Shown piece after piece: positions 30,108-41,545 of a stretch of DNA of 64,000 nucleotides. Both the position numbers and the translations under genes were made by a program. The DNA lies in the NCBI GenBank assembly GCA_052034405.1, contig JBPOIO010000001.1, positions 67 to 64,066 of the forward strand. The letters are read 5' to 3'. The first letter of the stretch is position 1, and every line of letters starts with the position of its first letter. The DNA is from Candidatus Magasanikiibacteriota bacterium. Its GTDB lineage: Bacteria > Patescibacteriota > Patescibacteriia > Magasanikbacterales > UBA922. The notes beneath the pieces were generated by a model. It did no database searches, was not told the DNA's origin, and was given only the letters and a program-made list of their open reading frames with translations.

Positions 30108-30572
30108 TTATGGTGTTGTTAATTTGCCAGAACCATTTGGATTATAGCCCTTAAAAACTTCATAGCCATCACTATAGCCATCTGCATCACTATCTGCTTT
30201 TTTTGGATCTGTTTTCCAGACATCAAGTTCGTCAGCATCCGAAAGCCCATCACCGTCACTATCAAAATCACGATTACTGAGTCCCAATTCTTTTTCTTTT
30301 TGGTCATCAACCCCATCACGGTCTTTATCATTTGGAAAAGGATCTACAACAACAGTACTACTTACCGTATCAAGAGAGCTTGTACTTGAAACATTTTCTG
30401 TATTTTGAGATGTATTATTTGATCCTGTTTTTGTATTTTTCTTTTGTACAAAAAACACGACAAGTCCAATAAGCAGTAAGACAAAAAACACGACAAGACC
30501 AATAAGCAGCAACTTTTTTCTAGATGAGCCTTCTGGTGAAATAGGAATTTGAGAATAATTTGCTTCTATCAT
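30108..30572 (-). CDS. single-pass membrane protein with TSP3-like repeats
   Basis: DKDRDGV, DSDGDGLSD, DSDADGYSDGYEVFKGYNP. Confidence 0.82.
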   Translation of the reverse strand: MIEANYSQIPISPEGSSRKKLLLIGLVVFFVLLLIGLVVFFVQKKNTKTGSNNTSQNTENVSSTSSLDTVSSTVVVDPFPNDKDRDGVDDQKEKELGLSNRDFDSDGDGLSDADELDVWKTDPKKADSDADGYSDGYEVFKGYNPNGSGKLTTP

Positions 30573-30589
30573 AATATAATTATATCACA

Positions 30590-33500
30590 CTATCGTTCAC
30601 GATTACATGGTTCACCAGGAACACGGCACAAAACGTCAGCAAATGATGTATCAACAGCACCATTTGGAAATTCAGTATTAAAGCCTGCTTCGTGAATTTG
30701 TCTCACTTCATATACACGATTTGCATTTTTTACCAAATTAAATACATGCCAATATTTTGCTATACCAGCATTCGCACTCGCAGTCGCACTACGAAGTGTA
30801 TATACATGTGTTGGCAAGTATAATGAAGATTCAGGGATTTGATCAGCTCTGTATTCATATATTTCTACCGTAACATCCAAATTATCAAAGGCAGAAATTG
30901 GTACGGTACTACTTCCACTAATAACTTCTACAAAGACTGCGTATGGAGAATTGTAATAACCATGATCCAATAAGCCCATACTATCCCCTGTTATAATTGT
31001 AGAAGCTTGTGCAGAAACACTCTGTAATGTTCCAGAATCATGCACAAATACAGATCCCTGAGTAATAAGATCTTGAGGGTTTCCATAAAAATCTTCACAA
31101 GCATCAGGTTGCCAATAATTAAAGATATTCAATCGTGCAAGATCCGCAATTTCAGCATTATTTAAACCATTATATACAGAAGTCATTCGAGAACAAAGAA
31201 AATTACGTCCACGATTTGCTCTATTACTCGAAAGAGCTTTCAATACATCAACACTCGCTGCAAAACGTTGTTCGGTTGTAGCATTAGCCCGCGCAGCATT
31301 TCCCAAAAAGTCGCGGTTATAAATCACAGGCGCAAAACTTACATCTGGTCCATCGGCGAAATGTTTCCATTTTACTACGACACGAAAAGTTCCCTGTGGT
31401 ACAGCTGGAGAAAGAACGAATTCATTGGCAATAGTTGTAAGTTCTGCATTTACAGGATATGGAAAAAATGATCCATACCGTTCATATTGCTCTTTAGCCC
31501 CAGCAACAGATAATTTTGTACTGATACTTGCATCGCTGCGATTTCCATTGAATTTGTCTGCTGTTACATCATCAAGATTAAAATAGGTTGCATATTGATC
31601 ACTACAGAGCAAATTTGTCTCAAGTCCACGAGCAATCGTTACTTTATTGGCACTCCAAGGACCAGCCTGCCGAGCAGAAGTTTTGTATCCATAATCACGA
31701 GCAAATGGAAAATTATGAATATTTGAAAGTAACCAAAATGATTGATTATAATCGGTTGTATTTACCCCCATTTCATAATTATGCCAACGAGTAGCAGCCG
31801 GCGCACTTGGATCTTCTTGAATAAAAACATTTTCGTTCTTCCAAGCCTCACTTCCACCGAGCGCTAATACTCCAGAAGCTGATGTTTTACTATTCACACG
31901 AAGCAAATAACGAGAAACAGAATTTGCCCAAGACGTATTTACATTATTTGCTCCGGGATTATTGATATCTTGTGGAGTCAAAACATTCAAGACAGCAATC
32001 TTTGGAGTAGCTTTTCCTCTATTATCTGAAGTTGTACAACTCACACAATTTGTCACCAAATTTTGACAATTATTTTCACATGTATAGGTTCCCCTATCAG
32101 CACAAATTGCAGGACGGTCGTCATTATTATAGAAAATTCTTAATGCTGTAGTATTTGCATTTGCAGGAGCATTATTTCCACCAGGAATAATTACTTGATT
32201 GGTAACAGGATCAATATCACAAACCTCTGGCTGTGCGACATTATTTATCTTTGAAAGACGAGAATCAATATCAATTTTACCATTTCCACAACTATCCAAA
32301 GGATCTTGAGTAAGTACTTTCTTACAATCACCAGAACAATAAGTGCAAGTTCGGCCATATTCCGACTCACAAGCTTGACCATTACTTGCCCCAGTATCAC
32401 AAACTTCCCCAGCATCTACAACAGCATTTCCGCAAGAACCAGCAACAGCTACCTCAGCGACAACATTGGGACGTAAACCATCACAGTGAATACGAACATC
32501 TTTATTAAGAGATGAATTCAAAATTTGTGCACATTGATCACCTGCGAGTGCTACCCAACCAAGATCCCCTACTACACCAATATTTCTTTTGGCTACAGAT
32601 TGACACTCAAGTCCAAATCCACGACAAATAGCATCCCCCGTAGTATTTATACATTCACTTGTAGTTTGATCATTATACGTAATTTTGACCAAAGTATCAT
32701 CTGTTCCAGGAGCGTTTCGATCAAAATGTGAAGTTGGATCTGTATGATCAATTGAAATTTGAGCTTGAGGAATTTGCTGAGCACAAGCAATATTCTCTAC
32801 TTGACAGAATTTACTGCAACCATCAAGACGATTGGTATTCCCATCATCACAAGTTTCATCAGAAATTTGAAGAATAGAATCTCCACAATAACCTCCACGA
32901 GCTTGACAATCCAAAGAACAAGATAATTGTTGTGTAATATAATAAGTTGGGTCATTAACAGAAACACAAGTATCACCAACATTTGGACAAGAAAAATTTG
33001 GACCAATACATATTGTACCGGATTTTTTACAATAACCAAAATTTACAAACGCAGGGTCAGCTTTATCACAATTTTCCAAAGAAGCTTCATTCGGATCTTT
33101 TACCCCATTATGGTTTTGGTCGTTAAAATTTATAATGGCATCACCACAAAATCCAGCATTGATATGAGCCGCATCATTTTGTGGTCCTGGAGGAGTACAA
33201 GCCAAAGAACAATGACCGTAACTACCATTGAGATTTCCGTCGTCACAAGTTTCACCCGCATCAATATGTCCATTTCCACAATTTGCATTGGCTCGACAAA
33301 CAGGAGCATCATACTGACAAGCGGCATTACAAGTATGATACGCTGTTTCACCCTGTCCACAAACAAGACCTGCTGCCCCACCCGCAACAGATGAAGTTCC
33401 TGGAGGATCACAAGCTTCACCAATATCTCGAATACCATTTCCACAGTTTCCAGCTACAGGTCGCAAAACTTCGAGACCTTGTTCACCACAAGAAGAGAGT

Positions 33501-36500
33501 GAAGTACTATAATGTGTTGTAGAAACCATTCCTTGGATAATACCTCGCTGATTAGCATTATTCATGTCAAAATATTCAAGAGGCAAATAGAGAGAATAAT
33601 GATTTGCATCAACTCCTTTATATTCAAGGACACTTGACTGAGCAGGGCAACTAAATGTTGCATCAGTACTATTCCAACAAGTCTGACTATCATCTGGTAA
33701 AATACATTTTGCAGGAGCAGCACCACAATCAGTATCTGTAGAACAAGCAACTTGACGACCGTTTTGTAAAGCTTCACAGTGTCCACAAGCACTCCATTGA
33801 TTCAATTCTGGCTCTGCTACATTACCAACAGCAGTAAGCAAACGTCCCCATGATGGCCAATGAGTATTGGTATAACCTGGGATATACGTACCTGCTGGCA
33901 AAAGTGGATAGGTACCATTTGCACTACGATAATCTTCGATTTTGTTTTCCAAATTCTGGATAGTATTGAGACGACTCCAATCTCTTTGAAATTTGCTTTT
34001 TGCATTTGCACAAATTCCATTTGTTGTTGACGTTGGAGTACCCAAGATCGTACGACACTCAAAATCATTTGTACAAGAGACAGAACTTACAGGAAGACTG
34101 TTAATATTTGCTGGAACATACTGACCAGCATCTCCATTTCCAGAAAGACAACTTTGTCGTTCAGAAATATTGATATTGAATATAAAGTGAGCCATGAATT
34201 TTTCCAAAACCTGTCTTGTATTTGCCTGAGCATCAGAATTTATACCAATCAAATAAATATAATTATGTACTGTTTTATCCTCAAGTTCATTGAGTACATT
34301 AATATAAGTATTATTTCCATCACTTATAGCATCATAACCATCTACAATAATGTCACGATATTTTTCAATTCCAGAAAAACCTTGCTCAATAAACCACTCT
34401 CGAGCTGAAGAACGATTTCCATTGGCAAAAACCTGAATACCAATAACATCATCGTTTTTATCATTGAAGAACAAGAATTTTTTGAGGGTTCCCTCTGGAA
34501 GATTGCTGTTGACAGCAGGTGCAACCCCAAGACACTGCTGTTGTCTAATTTGATTGAACGCGAGAATACCACGACATTCACCAACATTGTGACAAACTTT
34601 TCCATCAACACTACAATGGCCAACACTAGCCGCCAAATTTCCTTGAACCATAGGTCGCAAAAGTGGAAGGTCATCTGTTTTATCTCCAGAATTACCACTA
34701 TCCGCACAATAACCTGTACTAAAATTAAGGCTTACGAGTTTTCCACCCAAATTGATTTTTGGAATAGAAGCTCCATCAAAGATTTTTTTACTAAGATTGA
34801 AATGATCGTTATTGAAATTTCCAGCACCCAAACTTACACCATCTTCATATGGATAAGTAATTTGTGTTGGCCATGGATTTTCACAGAACATAGCAGTAAG
34901 ATTGCTTAGTCCAGCAAAAACACGACCAGTTTCTACATTTGTAGTATCAGCAGTAATAGCTATTTGTGCAGAAGCGACAATTGTACCTTCAAGATCTTTT
35001 GATGAAATTCTAATTCTATCAGTATTTACAATAGCAGGAAAAGTAAACAGACTATTATTACGAGGTTCCCAAGACCACTGCCAAGCATAACTTGGAGTAC
35101 TCACAATAAGAGCCCCCGTAGTACTTTTTACAGAAGCCACGAAGTCATGATTTGTATTGGGACGAGTAAATAAGTAACTTGAAGGATCAATATCAACGTC
35201 CTGAACTCGACAGATTTGACTTCCTGTTTCAAAAACAAAGATATCATCTGTGTGGAAACGATTGTTGTTATTCAAAAATACATTTCCTTGAATACCCACA
35301 CCATTTATATCTCGAATACCGCTATTTCCTCCACGAAGTACCACTGCATAAATAGTATTTGCTTCAAGAAGATCATTGACAGTAATATTCATACGAGTAG
35401 TCGTCGGAGCTCCTACATGTTCTAGTGGAATCACATCGATTTTTGGTACAATTTTCCCAGTACACCACACAGTACCTTTATTCGAAATCATATTCACCAA
35501 GTGAACTCCTACCTCAGCATGAACAACAGAGTTGAATACATCCACAAAAAATTGTTTTACATCACTCCAAATTCGAGCAAAAAGACCTGGTACTTGCTCA
35601 CCTCCAGAAAGAGCCAACAATGATCCAATTTCAGAAGTAACTTCTGTTTCATTAGCACTCGCACAGACATAACCTGCAGGATGTAAACTTGCAACAAGCA
35701 CAGAATTTGAAATTGTTTTTTCATCAATTTCACGATTAAATTCTGCAGCAATAAGAGAATTACGACAAACTTTATTGGCCTCCACAACTTCTCCAATACC
35801 AGTACCATTCAAAGGAAGTTCGCTTGTTCGAGTAGGACGAGCTTGACAACAAGAATTTGTACCTACACCCTGATTAGCATCAGGACAGTTATTGCTACGA
35901 GCAACACCATTTTCTACAATCGGAGTAGGATATTCCACATAACCACACTGAAGTGAATAGTCACCTTTTCCAATAATATTTCTCGCACGAAGAGATTCTG
36001 TTGTGGTTGCATTTTTTCGAACTTGAGTTGCTTGGACTTGAACCTTTGCTTCTTGCATCAAAGTAAGAGGATTTACCAAACCTTGACCAATAGCTGTAAC
36101 CACCTGAATAGGATCTTGATCAAATCCAGGATCAGCTACCAGATTAGCAGGTTCACAACGTGGATTTTCACCAAGTTCAGGAAGACCATTTCCACAAAGA
36201 GATGGAGTATCATAAAGTCCGGAAGAACCATGTTTTGTACAGTCACTATTACAACCAGCTGTTCCTGATTCACAACTGAAGTCACTTGAAATATTTGCTT
36301 TTATATCACAGATATTTTGTAAAACACAGCGATTTGTACAAGTAGTAGAAGCAGATGCTACCTCAATAAGGTCAATATTACCATTTGGAAGAACAACTTT
36401 TATGTGACGAGGCTCTGTTGTTTTTTCACATTCTTCACCTGGATCCAAATTTCCATCTCCACAAATAGTTGCAGAATTAAGACATTCAGAGGATTGTTTT

Positions 36501-39500
36501 TGATCACGAGTCAAATTGCTATGATTAGCAGGACAATTTGCTGCTTCACAAAGTGGTGCTTCACAATAAGCACGTGCCATTTTGGTACCAAGATGCAAAC
36601 AATTTTCTGAACAACCAAGAGCCGACCAAGAAGGATGTGCCCCAGCTTCTGCAAGTGAAATACCCAAATCACAATCTTCTCCCAAAAGGGCCAGTCCCCC
36701 ATCAGCAAGTCCAACTTTTCCATTTCCACATTGAAGTGAACCTACAGCATCTGAAAATTTTTGACTACTTCCCTTCCAAGTACAAGTATTTGTACAATAA
36801 TCTTTTTCTCCAGGAATACCAGGATCACATTCTTCACCAAAATTTGGTTCAAGAACTGCATTTCCACACAAACCAAGAACTGATTGATCTGTTGATGTTG
36901 TAAAATGTATATTTCCAGGACGCAAACAATTCAAAGTACAACTTACACCTGGAATTTCTCCAAGAGTTGCAACATCACAATCTTCCCCAGGATCAACTTG
37001 GGAATTCCCACAAAGATATGCTATTTGACCAAAAGGAATATCACTTCCAGCAGGAAGACAATTTCCACTACAATAAGCATAAGGACTTCCTTTGGTAGAA
37101 AAACCAGTTGTTGTTGCTACTTGCTGAGCTTCATTAACAGGAAGATCATCGGCACCTAATACAGTCCAATTCCAACCATAAGCCCAAGGATTCAAGCGCT
37201 GCCCAAGAGGACTACATTGATCTGGAGCACTCAGTGGTGATGCACCATACGCAGTTTTTTGACCAACAAGACTTGCTACAAAAGGACTTGGAACGACATC
37301 TACTTTATCCAAAATACAAATACCATCTTTTTCTTTTGTACGGAATTTCCAAACTTTTGGAGCAACTGCTTTTCCATCAATAGCTTGACCTCCAAGAGTA
37401 CCACCAAAAGCAATAACTTGATCGGTTAATGTAACTTGATACAAAGTATTCACATCCAAAGTTCCATCGACTGTAATTTCATATTGAAAAGGATCAAAGG
37501 CAGCAGCATTCACATCATGAAACGCCAAAGGTGCTTCTGGATTTTGACAATTTTCACCTATATCAAGTGGACCTGCACATTTTTGTACTTTCAAAGCACC
37601 ATGATAGGTATTGGTTTTCATTGGGAGATTGAATCTCACACCAATATTTACATTAGTACAAGACTGGTTACACTGTGGCCACCATTGTACTGCTTTTGGA
37701 TCACCAGGTTGTATAAACAAATTACTACTTCCTGTTACAACTTTATGAACACCATCAACTACAGTATCAGCAGAAGCAGTAATTACAACAGGGTCATTAG
37801 CAGTATTTTTGAGAGCAGTAACCGTAGCACGAATACTATCTGCATACAAAGAACTTGTTGTTGGAACATCTTTTTTGTCAGAACGAACAGCATATGCCAT
37901 ATCAGATAAGAGATCTTCTTCATTACCCTGTCTTGGTTTCCATTCAAAACCTTTTCCATTTACATCAACAACACTACAAGCTTGGCTTCCTCTTCCCCAA
38001 ACAAAGTAGTAAAAAGGATGTGCTGGAGCATCAAAATTGTCTGACAAAGGAAATGCTGGATTCTGAACCATTCCCAAAAGATGCGTTGTGTATTCTGGTG
38101 GGGTAATAGCCGCACCAAAAAGTGAACATGCTGCATTACTTGTTTTGAAATCAAAATTATAAGCAGCAGTAATTCCATTTACTGGAGCTGGCAAAGTTCT
38201 CTGCAAAGATAAAGGCGATGTATTTATTTTATTATTTCCAAATTCAACAAGACCTGGTTCATTGGCATGAAGTGTATTTCCCAAAATAACACGATGCCAA
38301 GTACCTGCTCTATGAGATGCTCCAGGAGCAAGTCTCAATTCCAAAATATCTGTTTGATTTCCTCCCAAAAATCCTACACTATATTGTCCTGTTACATCAT
38401 CAGCAGGAAGATATTTACAATCAGGTTTATCACCTTGTCCACAGGTATACACACGTACCGCAGAGTTCAAATTTACTTCAGACATGTGCATATTAAATTG
38501 CACCGTGATAATACTGTCAGTACAAGCATCCCCTACTCCCCAATTTTGCCAAGGTGAAGGTGAAGGACGAACAAAATTATCGATATTCAAATCTTGCCAG
38601 TCTGCAATATTACAAGCTTCAAGAACACGAGGAACATGTGGAATAAGCCCTGTGGTAAAACGCCAAACATAACCAGCCGAACGAGTTTCGCCCACACAAG
38701 CAAAAGCCTGAGGTTTCCACAAACCTTTTTCAGGACCATTTGTACAACATTGATAACCTACTCCAGGGGCATCTCCACCCAAAGTACAATCTGCAACATT
38801 ATATTGAACACTATTACTAAACTCATTTCCAGCACGAGCAAGAATTGGACCCGTAATCATAGAAACACCGGTGTTGTCAACAGGAAGCACGGTTTCAATG
38901 GTTGTTCCATCATTGGAGACACGACGGATGACATTATTGCCAAGCGGATCTTTATTATTTGAAGAAGTAAGCCAACGAGAATTTATACTCCAAAAATATA
39001 ACTCTGGATTTTGTGTCAAATTAATACCGGTAAGAATCAAAGGTGAAGCATTATTTGGAAGAGGTGCTACTCCAATATTTGGATTGATACGACAAAGCCC
39101 AGGAAGTGGATTTCCAGGAAGAAAAGTAATATTACTTGTTCCATCAGAATGATGATTAGAATCGTTTTTTACAACAACATAATACTTTCCAAGTTGGATT
39201 CCAGATGGAATTTTTCCAATAATTTGATTATCACTCCAAGTATCTCCACAGGCTTCTGGCAAAGTTGCCAAATCAAGACGTGCACAAGCAGCTTCAACAG
39301 CAGCATCTGATGTTCTTGCACAATTGAGTGCCGCATCTGCACTTGCTGCTATATATACCACTCCATGTCCACCAAAACGAGCACCGCTAATGGTAAGCAA
39401 ACTTCCAAGAGTAGAGGTCTGCGAAGGAGAAAGTGCATCAATATGTGGGACAAGATCAGCATCTCTATCAACAACAATAAATTCAACACCATTGGTAAAA

Positions 39501-41521
39501 GAATCGCCAATTTTTGCACGAACGCCCACACGTCCTGGAGACATGTTTTGAGGAACAGAACTCAAAATAGTTGCTTCATTCCATTGACGGATCGGAGCAT
39601 TGACTCCACCAAAAAGAAGCGCACTATTATTGCCACCATTTCCAAGTCCACGACCAAAGGCAGTCACTGGAGCACTTGATGATGCAATATTGGTATTTGT
39701 TGGACCAAGAACAGCACAAAGTCCAGGATGATCGTTATTACTCATTTTGAAAATACCAGCATTTGGACCAGCTTTTGGACCATGATCATCGTTACTCAAA
39801 TCTTCGTAAGCTGGTTTATCCCCTGCTGCACGAGTTTTGATACGAATTGTAGTACTTGTACCAACAGGAAGGTTTGGAATTTCTACAATCACCATGTTGT
39901 CATGCCATACATCAAGTCCATTACAAGAAGCAAATGGAGCAGGAACCCACTGATCAATACTACCATCAGCATTATTATCAATACCAAAATCTACAGAACC
40001 AGAATCTTCACCAAAAAAATTACCCAAAATAGTTGCCCAACTTCCGGGAGCACCATCCCAAGAACTTGGACTTGCACCACCGACATCAACATCCCGAATA
40101 ATAGGTCGATTCACACAAGAACCATTTTGACAATCACCACTTACACACTGCCAATTGGCATTACAAGCTCCATCACCAAGACATTTTCCACCAATATCAA
40201 TAGCTGTTTCGCCAGCATCCTGACGACCATTGTGACAAAGATCTCCATCAAGTACAAAACTTGAAGTTGCGACGGTAATATTGTGATCAATATCTGCAAC
40301 AGTGAAAGTCAAATTATACAAAGCAGGAACCGAAGCATCGGAAGCAAAAACAAGATCTTGATTCAAAGAAAAAGCTTCGTTTGAACCGCTACGAGGGCCA
40401 GAATAATATGACCAATTTACTTTTTCTCCAGCAGGATCTCTTGGTTCACTTTGAACATTCAAAGCAAGATAAGAAATACCTCCAAAAGAAATATTTTGAC
40501 CATCTTCTTTACGGCGATCTTCAAATGTTGCATTGAGATGATATTTTGCATTTCGAGGAACAATCTGCCCTTCTCTTGTATTTTTTCCATTAAAGGTAAT
40601 AGAATCAGTAATTGGAGAAAGAAGATCCAAGAAATCTCGGTTTACATTAAAAAGTGATGTTGTATCAAAAATTCCACAAGCCAATTTTGTTTGGAGTTTG
40701 AGTCCCCCGGCAACAAGATCAGGATTCACTTCAACTTTATATTCTCCAGGAGAAAGACAACTACGAGTGTCACCATCAGCATTACAAAGATTTGTGTCCT
40801 CACCAAAAAAGGCTTCTACGACCTGTCTACCAGGAAGTATTTTTATTGATTTTACAGGAATAGTATTGCTTCCTTTTGAAAGTTTGAAAATTTTATTTTT
40901 ATCTTGATTTTCATCAAGTGGACGACTAAACACAGCACGAACGATGGTATTACTCATACCTGTACCACTATTTGTTGGTGTTCGAGGAGTCAAACTTTTG
41001 ACCACAAAGGCATCGTCACCACACTCACGAGGACCCCCCGCTACTGCCTGACAGTCGGCAAAGTTGGCACAAGCAGGAACTCCTCCACGAACTCCCCCAC
41101 CATCATTAACAAGTCCCCCACTTCCCGTTGCCATGGCTAAACGTGAAATAATAAACTGTGTAATAGCAAAAGAAGACATGATAATAGCAAGTCCAATAGT
41201 AGCGTTAATCAATGTTTTTTTTGCACTCGCAATTTTTTCTTCGTTTCCACCACTCGTCATCCAGGTAAAACCAGCATACAAAATCAAAGCAACAGCAATA
41301 ATTCCCAAAAGACTAAGCGCAATACGAATAATCTTGGCAGCAATAACACGAATATCTTCACCACCAAGCGGAAGAAGACTTCCTACCTTTTGAAGTCCAA
41401 AAGGTGCATTTCCAGCCTGTGCAGAAACGTGATTAAAAGCAAGGAAAATACCACCCAAAAAGAAAACAGAAAAAAGAAAAAGAAAATATTTGCGTTTAAA
41501 TAAAGTGCCAACAAAATGCAT
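30590..41521 (-). CDS. 3643-aa surface protein: VirB2/TrbC-like pilin domain, Ig-like/IPT domains, Cys-rich (DUF4215-like) repeats
   Basis: Signal peptide ending VSAQA; LYAGFTWMTSGGNEEKI pilin motif; IPT-like GS.LTI.G..FG; 11 CG[ND]...E.C[DE] repeats. Confidence 0.88.
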   Translation of the reverse strand: MHFVGTLFKRKYFLFLFSVFFLGGIFLAFNHVSAQAGNAPFGLQKVGSLLPLGGEDIRVIAAKIIRIALSLLGIIAVALILYAGFTWMTSGGNEEKIASAKKTLINATIGLAIIMSSFAITQFIISRLAMATGSGGLVNDGGGVRGGVPACANFADCQAVAGGPRECGDDAFVVKSLTPRTPTNSGTGMSNTIVRAVFSRPLDENQDKNKIFKLSKGSNTIPVKSIKILPGRQVVEAFFGEDTNLCNADGDTRSCLSPGEYKVEVNPDLVAGGLKLQTKLACGIFDTTSLFNVNRDFLDLLSPITDSITFNGKNTREGQIVPRNAKYHLNATFEDRRKEDGQNISFGGISYLALNVQSEPRDPAGEKVNWSYYSGPRSGSNEAFSLNQDLVFASDASVPALYNLTFTVADIDHNITVATSSFVLDGDLCHNGRQDAGETAIDIGGKCLGDGACNANWQCVSGDCQNGSCVNRPIIRDVDVGGASPSSWDGAPGSWATILGNFFGEDSGSVDFGIDNNADGSIDQWVPAPFASCNGLDVWHDNMVIVEIPNLPVGTSTTIRIKTRAAGDKPAYEDLSNDDHGPKAGPNAGIFKMSNNDHPGLCAVLGPTNTNIASSSAPVTAFGRGLGNGGNNSALLFGGVNAPIRQWNEATILSSVPQNMSPGRVGVRAKIGDSFTNGVEFIVVDRDADLVPHIDALSPSQTSTLGSLLTISGARFGGHGVVYIAASADAALNCARTSDAAVEAACARLDLATLPEACGDTWSDNQIIGKIPSGIQLGKYYVVVKNDSNHHSDGTSNITFLPGNPLPGLCRINPNIGVAPLPNNASPLILTGINLTQNPELYFWSINSRWLTSSNNKDPLGNNVIRRVSNDGTTIETVLPVDNTGVSMITGPILARAGNEFSNSVQYNVADCTLGGDAPGVGYQCCTNGPEKGLWKPQAFACVGETRSAGYVWRFTTGLIPHVPRVLEACNIADWQDLNIDNFVRPSPSPWQNWGVGDACTDSIITVQFNMHMSEVNLNSAVRVYTCGQGDKPDCKYLPADDVTGQYSVGFLGGNQTDILELRLAPGASHRAGTWHRVILGNTLHANEPGLVEFGNNKINTSPLSLQRTLPAPVNGITAAYNFDFKTSNAACSLFGAAITPPEYTTHLLGMVQNPAFPLSDNFDAPAHPFYYFVWGRGSQACSVVDVNGKGFEWKPRQGNEEDLLSDMAYAVRSDKKDVPTTSSLYADSIRATVTALKNTANDPVVITASADTVVDGVHKVVTGSSNLFIQPGDPKAVQWWPQCNQSCTNVNIGVRFNLPMKTNTYHGALKVQKCAGPLDIGENCQNPEAPLAFHDVNAAAFDPFQYEITVDGTLDVNTLYQVTLTDQVIAFGGTLGGQAIDGKAVAPKVWKFRTKEKDGICILDKVDVVPSPFVASLVGQKTAYGASPLSAPDQCSPLGQRLNPWAYGWNWTVLGADDLPVNEAQQVATTTGFSTKGSPYAYCSGNCLPAGSDIPFGQIAYLCGNSQVDPGEDCDVATLGEIPGVSCTLNCLRPGNIHFTTSTDQSVLGLCGNAVLEPNFGEECDPGIPGEKDYCTNTCTWKGSSQKFSDAVGSLQCGNGKVGLADGGLALLGEDCDLGISLAEAGAHPSWSALGCSENCLHLGTKMARAYCEAPLCEAANCPANHSNLTRDQKQSSECLNSATICGDGNLDPGEECEKTTEPRHIKVVLPNGNIDLIEVASASTTCTNRCVLQNICDIKANISSDFSCESGTAGCNSDCTKHGSSGLYDTPSLCGNGLPELGENPRCEPANLVADPGFDQDPIQVVTAIGQGLVNPLTLMQEAKVQVQATQVRKNATTTESLRARNIIGKGDYSLQCGYVEYPTPIVENGVARSNNCPDANQGVGTNSCCQARPTRTSELPLNGTGIGEVVEANKVCRNSLIAAEFNREIDEKTISNSVLVASLHPAGYVCASANETEVTSEIGSLLALSGGEQVPGLFARIWSDVKQFFVDVFNSVVHAEVGVHLVNMISNKGTVWCTGKIVPKIDVIPLEHVGAPTTTRMNITVNDLLEANTIYAVVLRGGNSGIRDINGVGIQGNVFLNNNNRFHTDDIFVFETGSQICRVQDVDIDPSSYLFTRPNTNHDFVASVKSTTGALIVSTPSYAWQWSWEPRNNSLFTFPAIVNTDRIRISSKDLEGTIVASAQIAITADTTNVETGRVFAGLSNLTAMFCENPWPTQITYPYEDGVSLGAGNFNNDHFNLSKKIFDGASIPKINLGGKLVSLNFSTGYCADSGNSGDKTDDLPLLRPMVQGNLAASVGHCSVDGKVCHNVGECRGILAFNQIRQQQCLGVAPAVNSNLPEGTLKKFLFFNDKNDDVIGIQVFANGNRSSAREWFIEQGFSGIEKYRDIIVDGYDAISDGNNTYINVLNELEDKTVHNYIYLIGINSDAQANTRQVLEKFMAHFIFNINISERQSCLSGNGDAGQYVPANINSLPVSSVSCTNDFECRTILGTPTSTTNGICANAKSKFQRDWSRLNTIQNLENKIEDYRSANGTYPLLPAGTYIPGYTNTHWPSWGRLLTAVGNVAEPELNQWSACGHCEALQNGRQVACSTDTDCGAAPAKCILPDDSQTCWNSTDATFSCPAQSSVLEYKGVDANHYSLYLPLEYFDMNNANQRGIIQGMVSTTHYSTSLSSCGEQGLEVLRPVAGNCGNGIRDIGEACDPPGTSSVAGGAAGLVCGQGETAYHTCNAACQYDAPVCRANANCGNGHIDAGETCDDGNLNGSYGHCSLACTPPGPQNDAAHINAGFCGDAIINFNDQNHNGVKDPNEASLENCDKADPAFVNFGYCKKSGTICIGPNFSCPNVGDTCVSVNDPTYYITQQLSCSLDCQARGGYCGDSILQISDETCDDGNTNRLDGCSKFCQVENIACAQQIPQAQISIDHTDPTSHFDRNAPGTDDTLVKITYNDQTTSECINTTGDAICRGFGLECQSVAKRNIGVVGDLGWVALAGDQCAQILNSSLNKDVRIHCDGLRPNVVAEVAVAGSCGNAVVDAGEVCDTGASNGQACESEYGRTCTYCSGDCKKVLTQDPLDSCGNGKIDIDSRLSKINNVAQPEVCDIDPVTNQVIIPGGNNAPANANTTALRIFYNNDDRPAICADRGTYTCENNCQNLVTNCVSCTTSDNRGKATPKIAVLNVLTPQDINNPGANNVNTSWANSVSRYLLRVNSKTSASGVLALGGSEAWKNENVFIQEDPSAPAATRWHNYEMGVNTTDYNQSFWLLSNIHNFPFARDYGYKTSARQAGPWSANKVTIARGLETNLLCSDQYATYFNLDDVTADKFNGNRSDASISTKLSVAGAKEQYERYGSFFPYPVNAELTTIANEFVLSPAVPQGTFRVVVKWKHFADGPDVSFAPVIYNRDFLGNAARANATTEQRFAASVDVLKALSSNRANRGRNFLCSRMTSVYNGLNNAEIADLARLNIFNYWQPDACEDFYGNPQDLITQGSVFVHDSGTLQSVSAQASTIITGDSMGLLDHGYYNSPYAVFVEVISGSSTVPISAFDNLDVTVEIYEYRADQIPESSLYLPTHVYTLRSATASANAGIAKYWHVFNLVKNANRVYEVRQIHEAGFNTEFPNGAVDTSFADVLCRVPGEPCNRER

Positions 41522-41545
41522 ACAAAAAAATTATATACCTCAACT

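Noticed and set aside
30590-41521. Many short antisense and overlapping ORFs inside the giant gene and other genes
   Set aside because: No motifs or start signals; expected shadows of long coding frames
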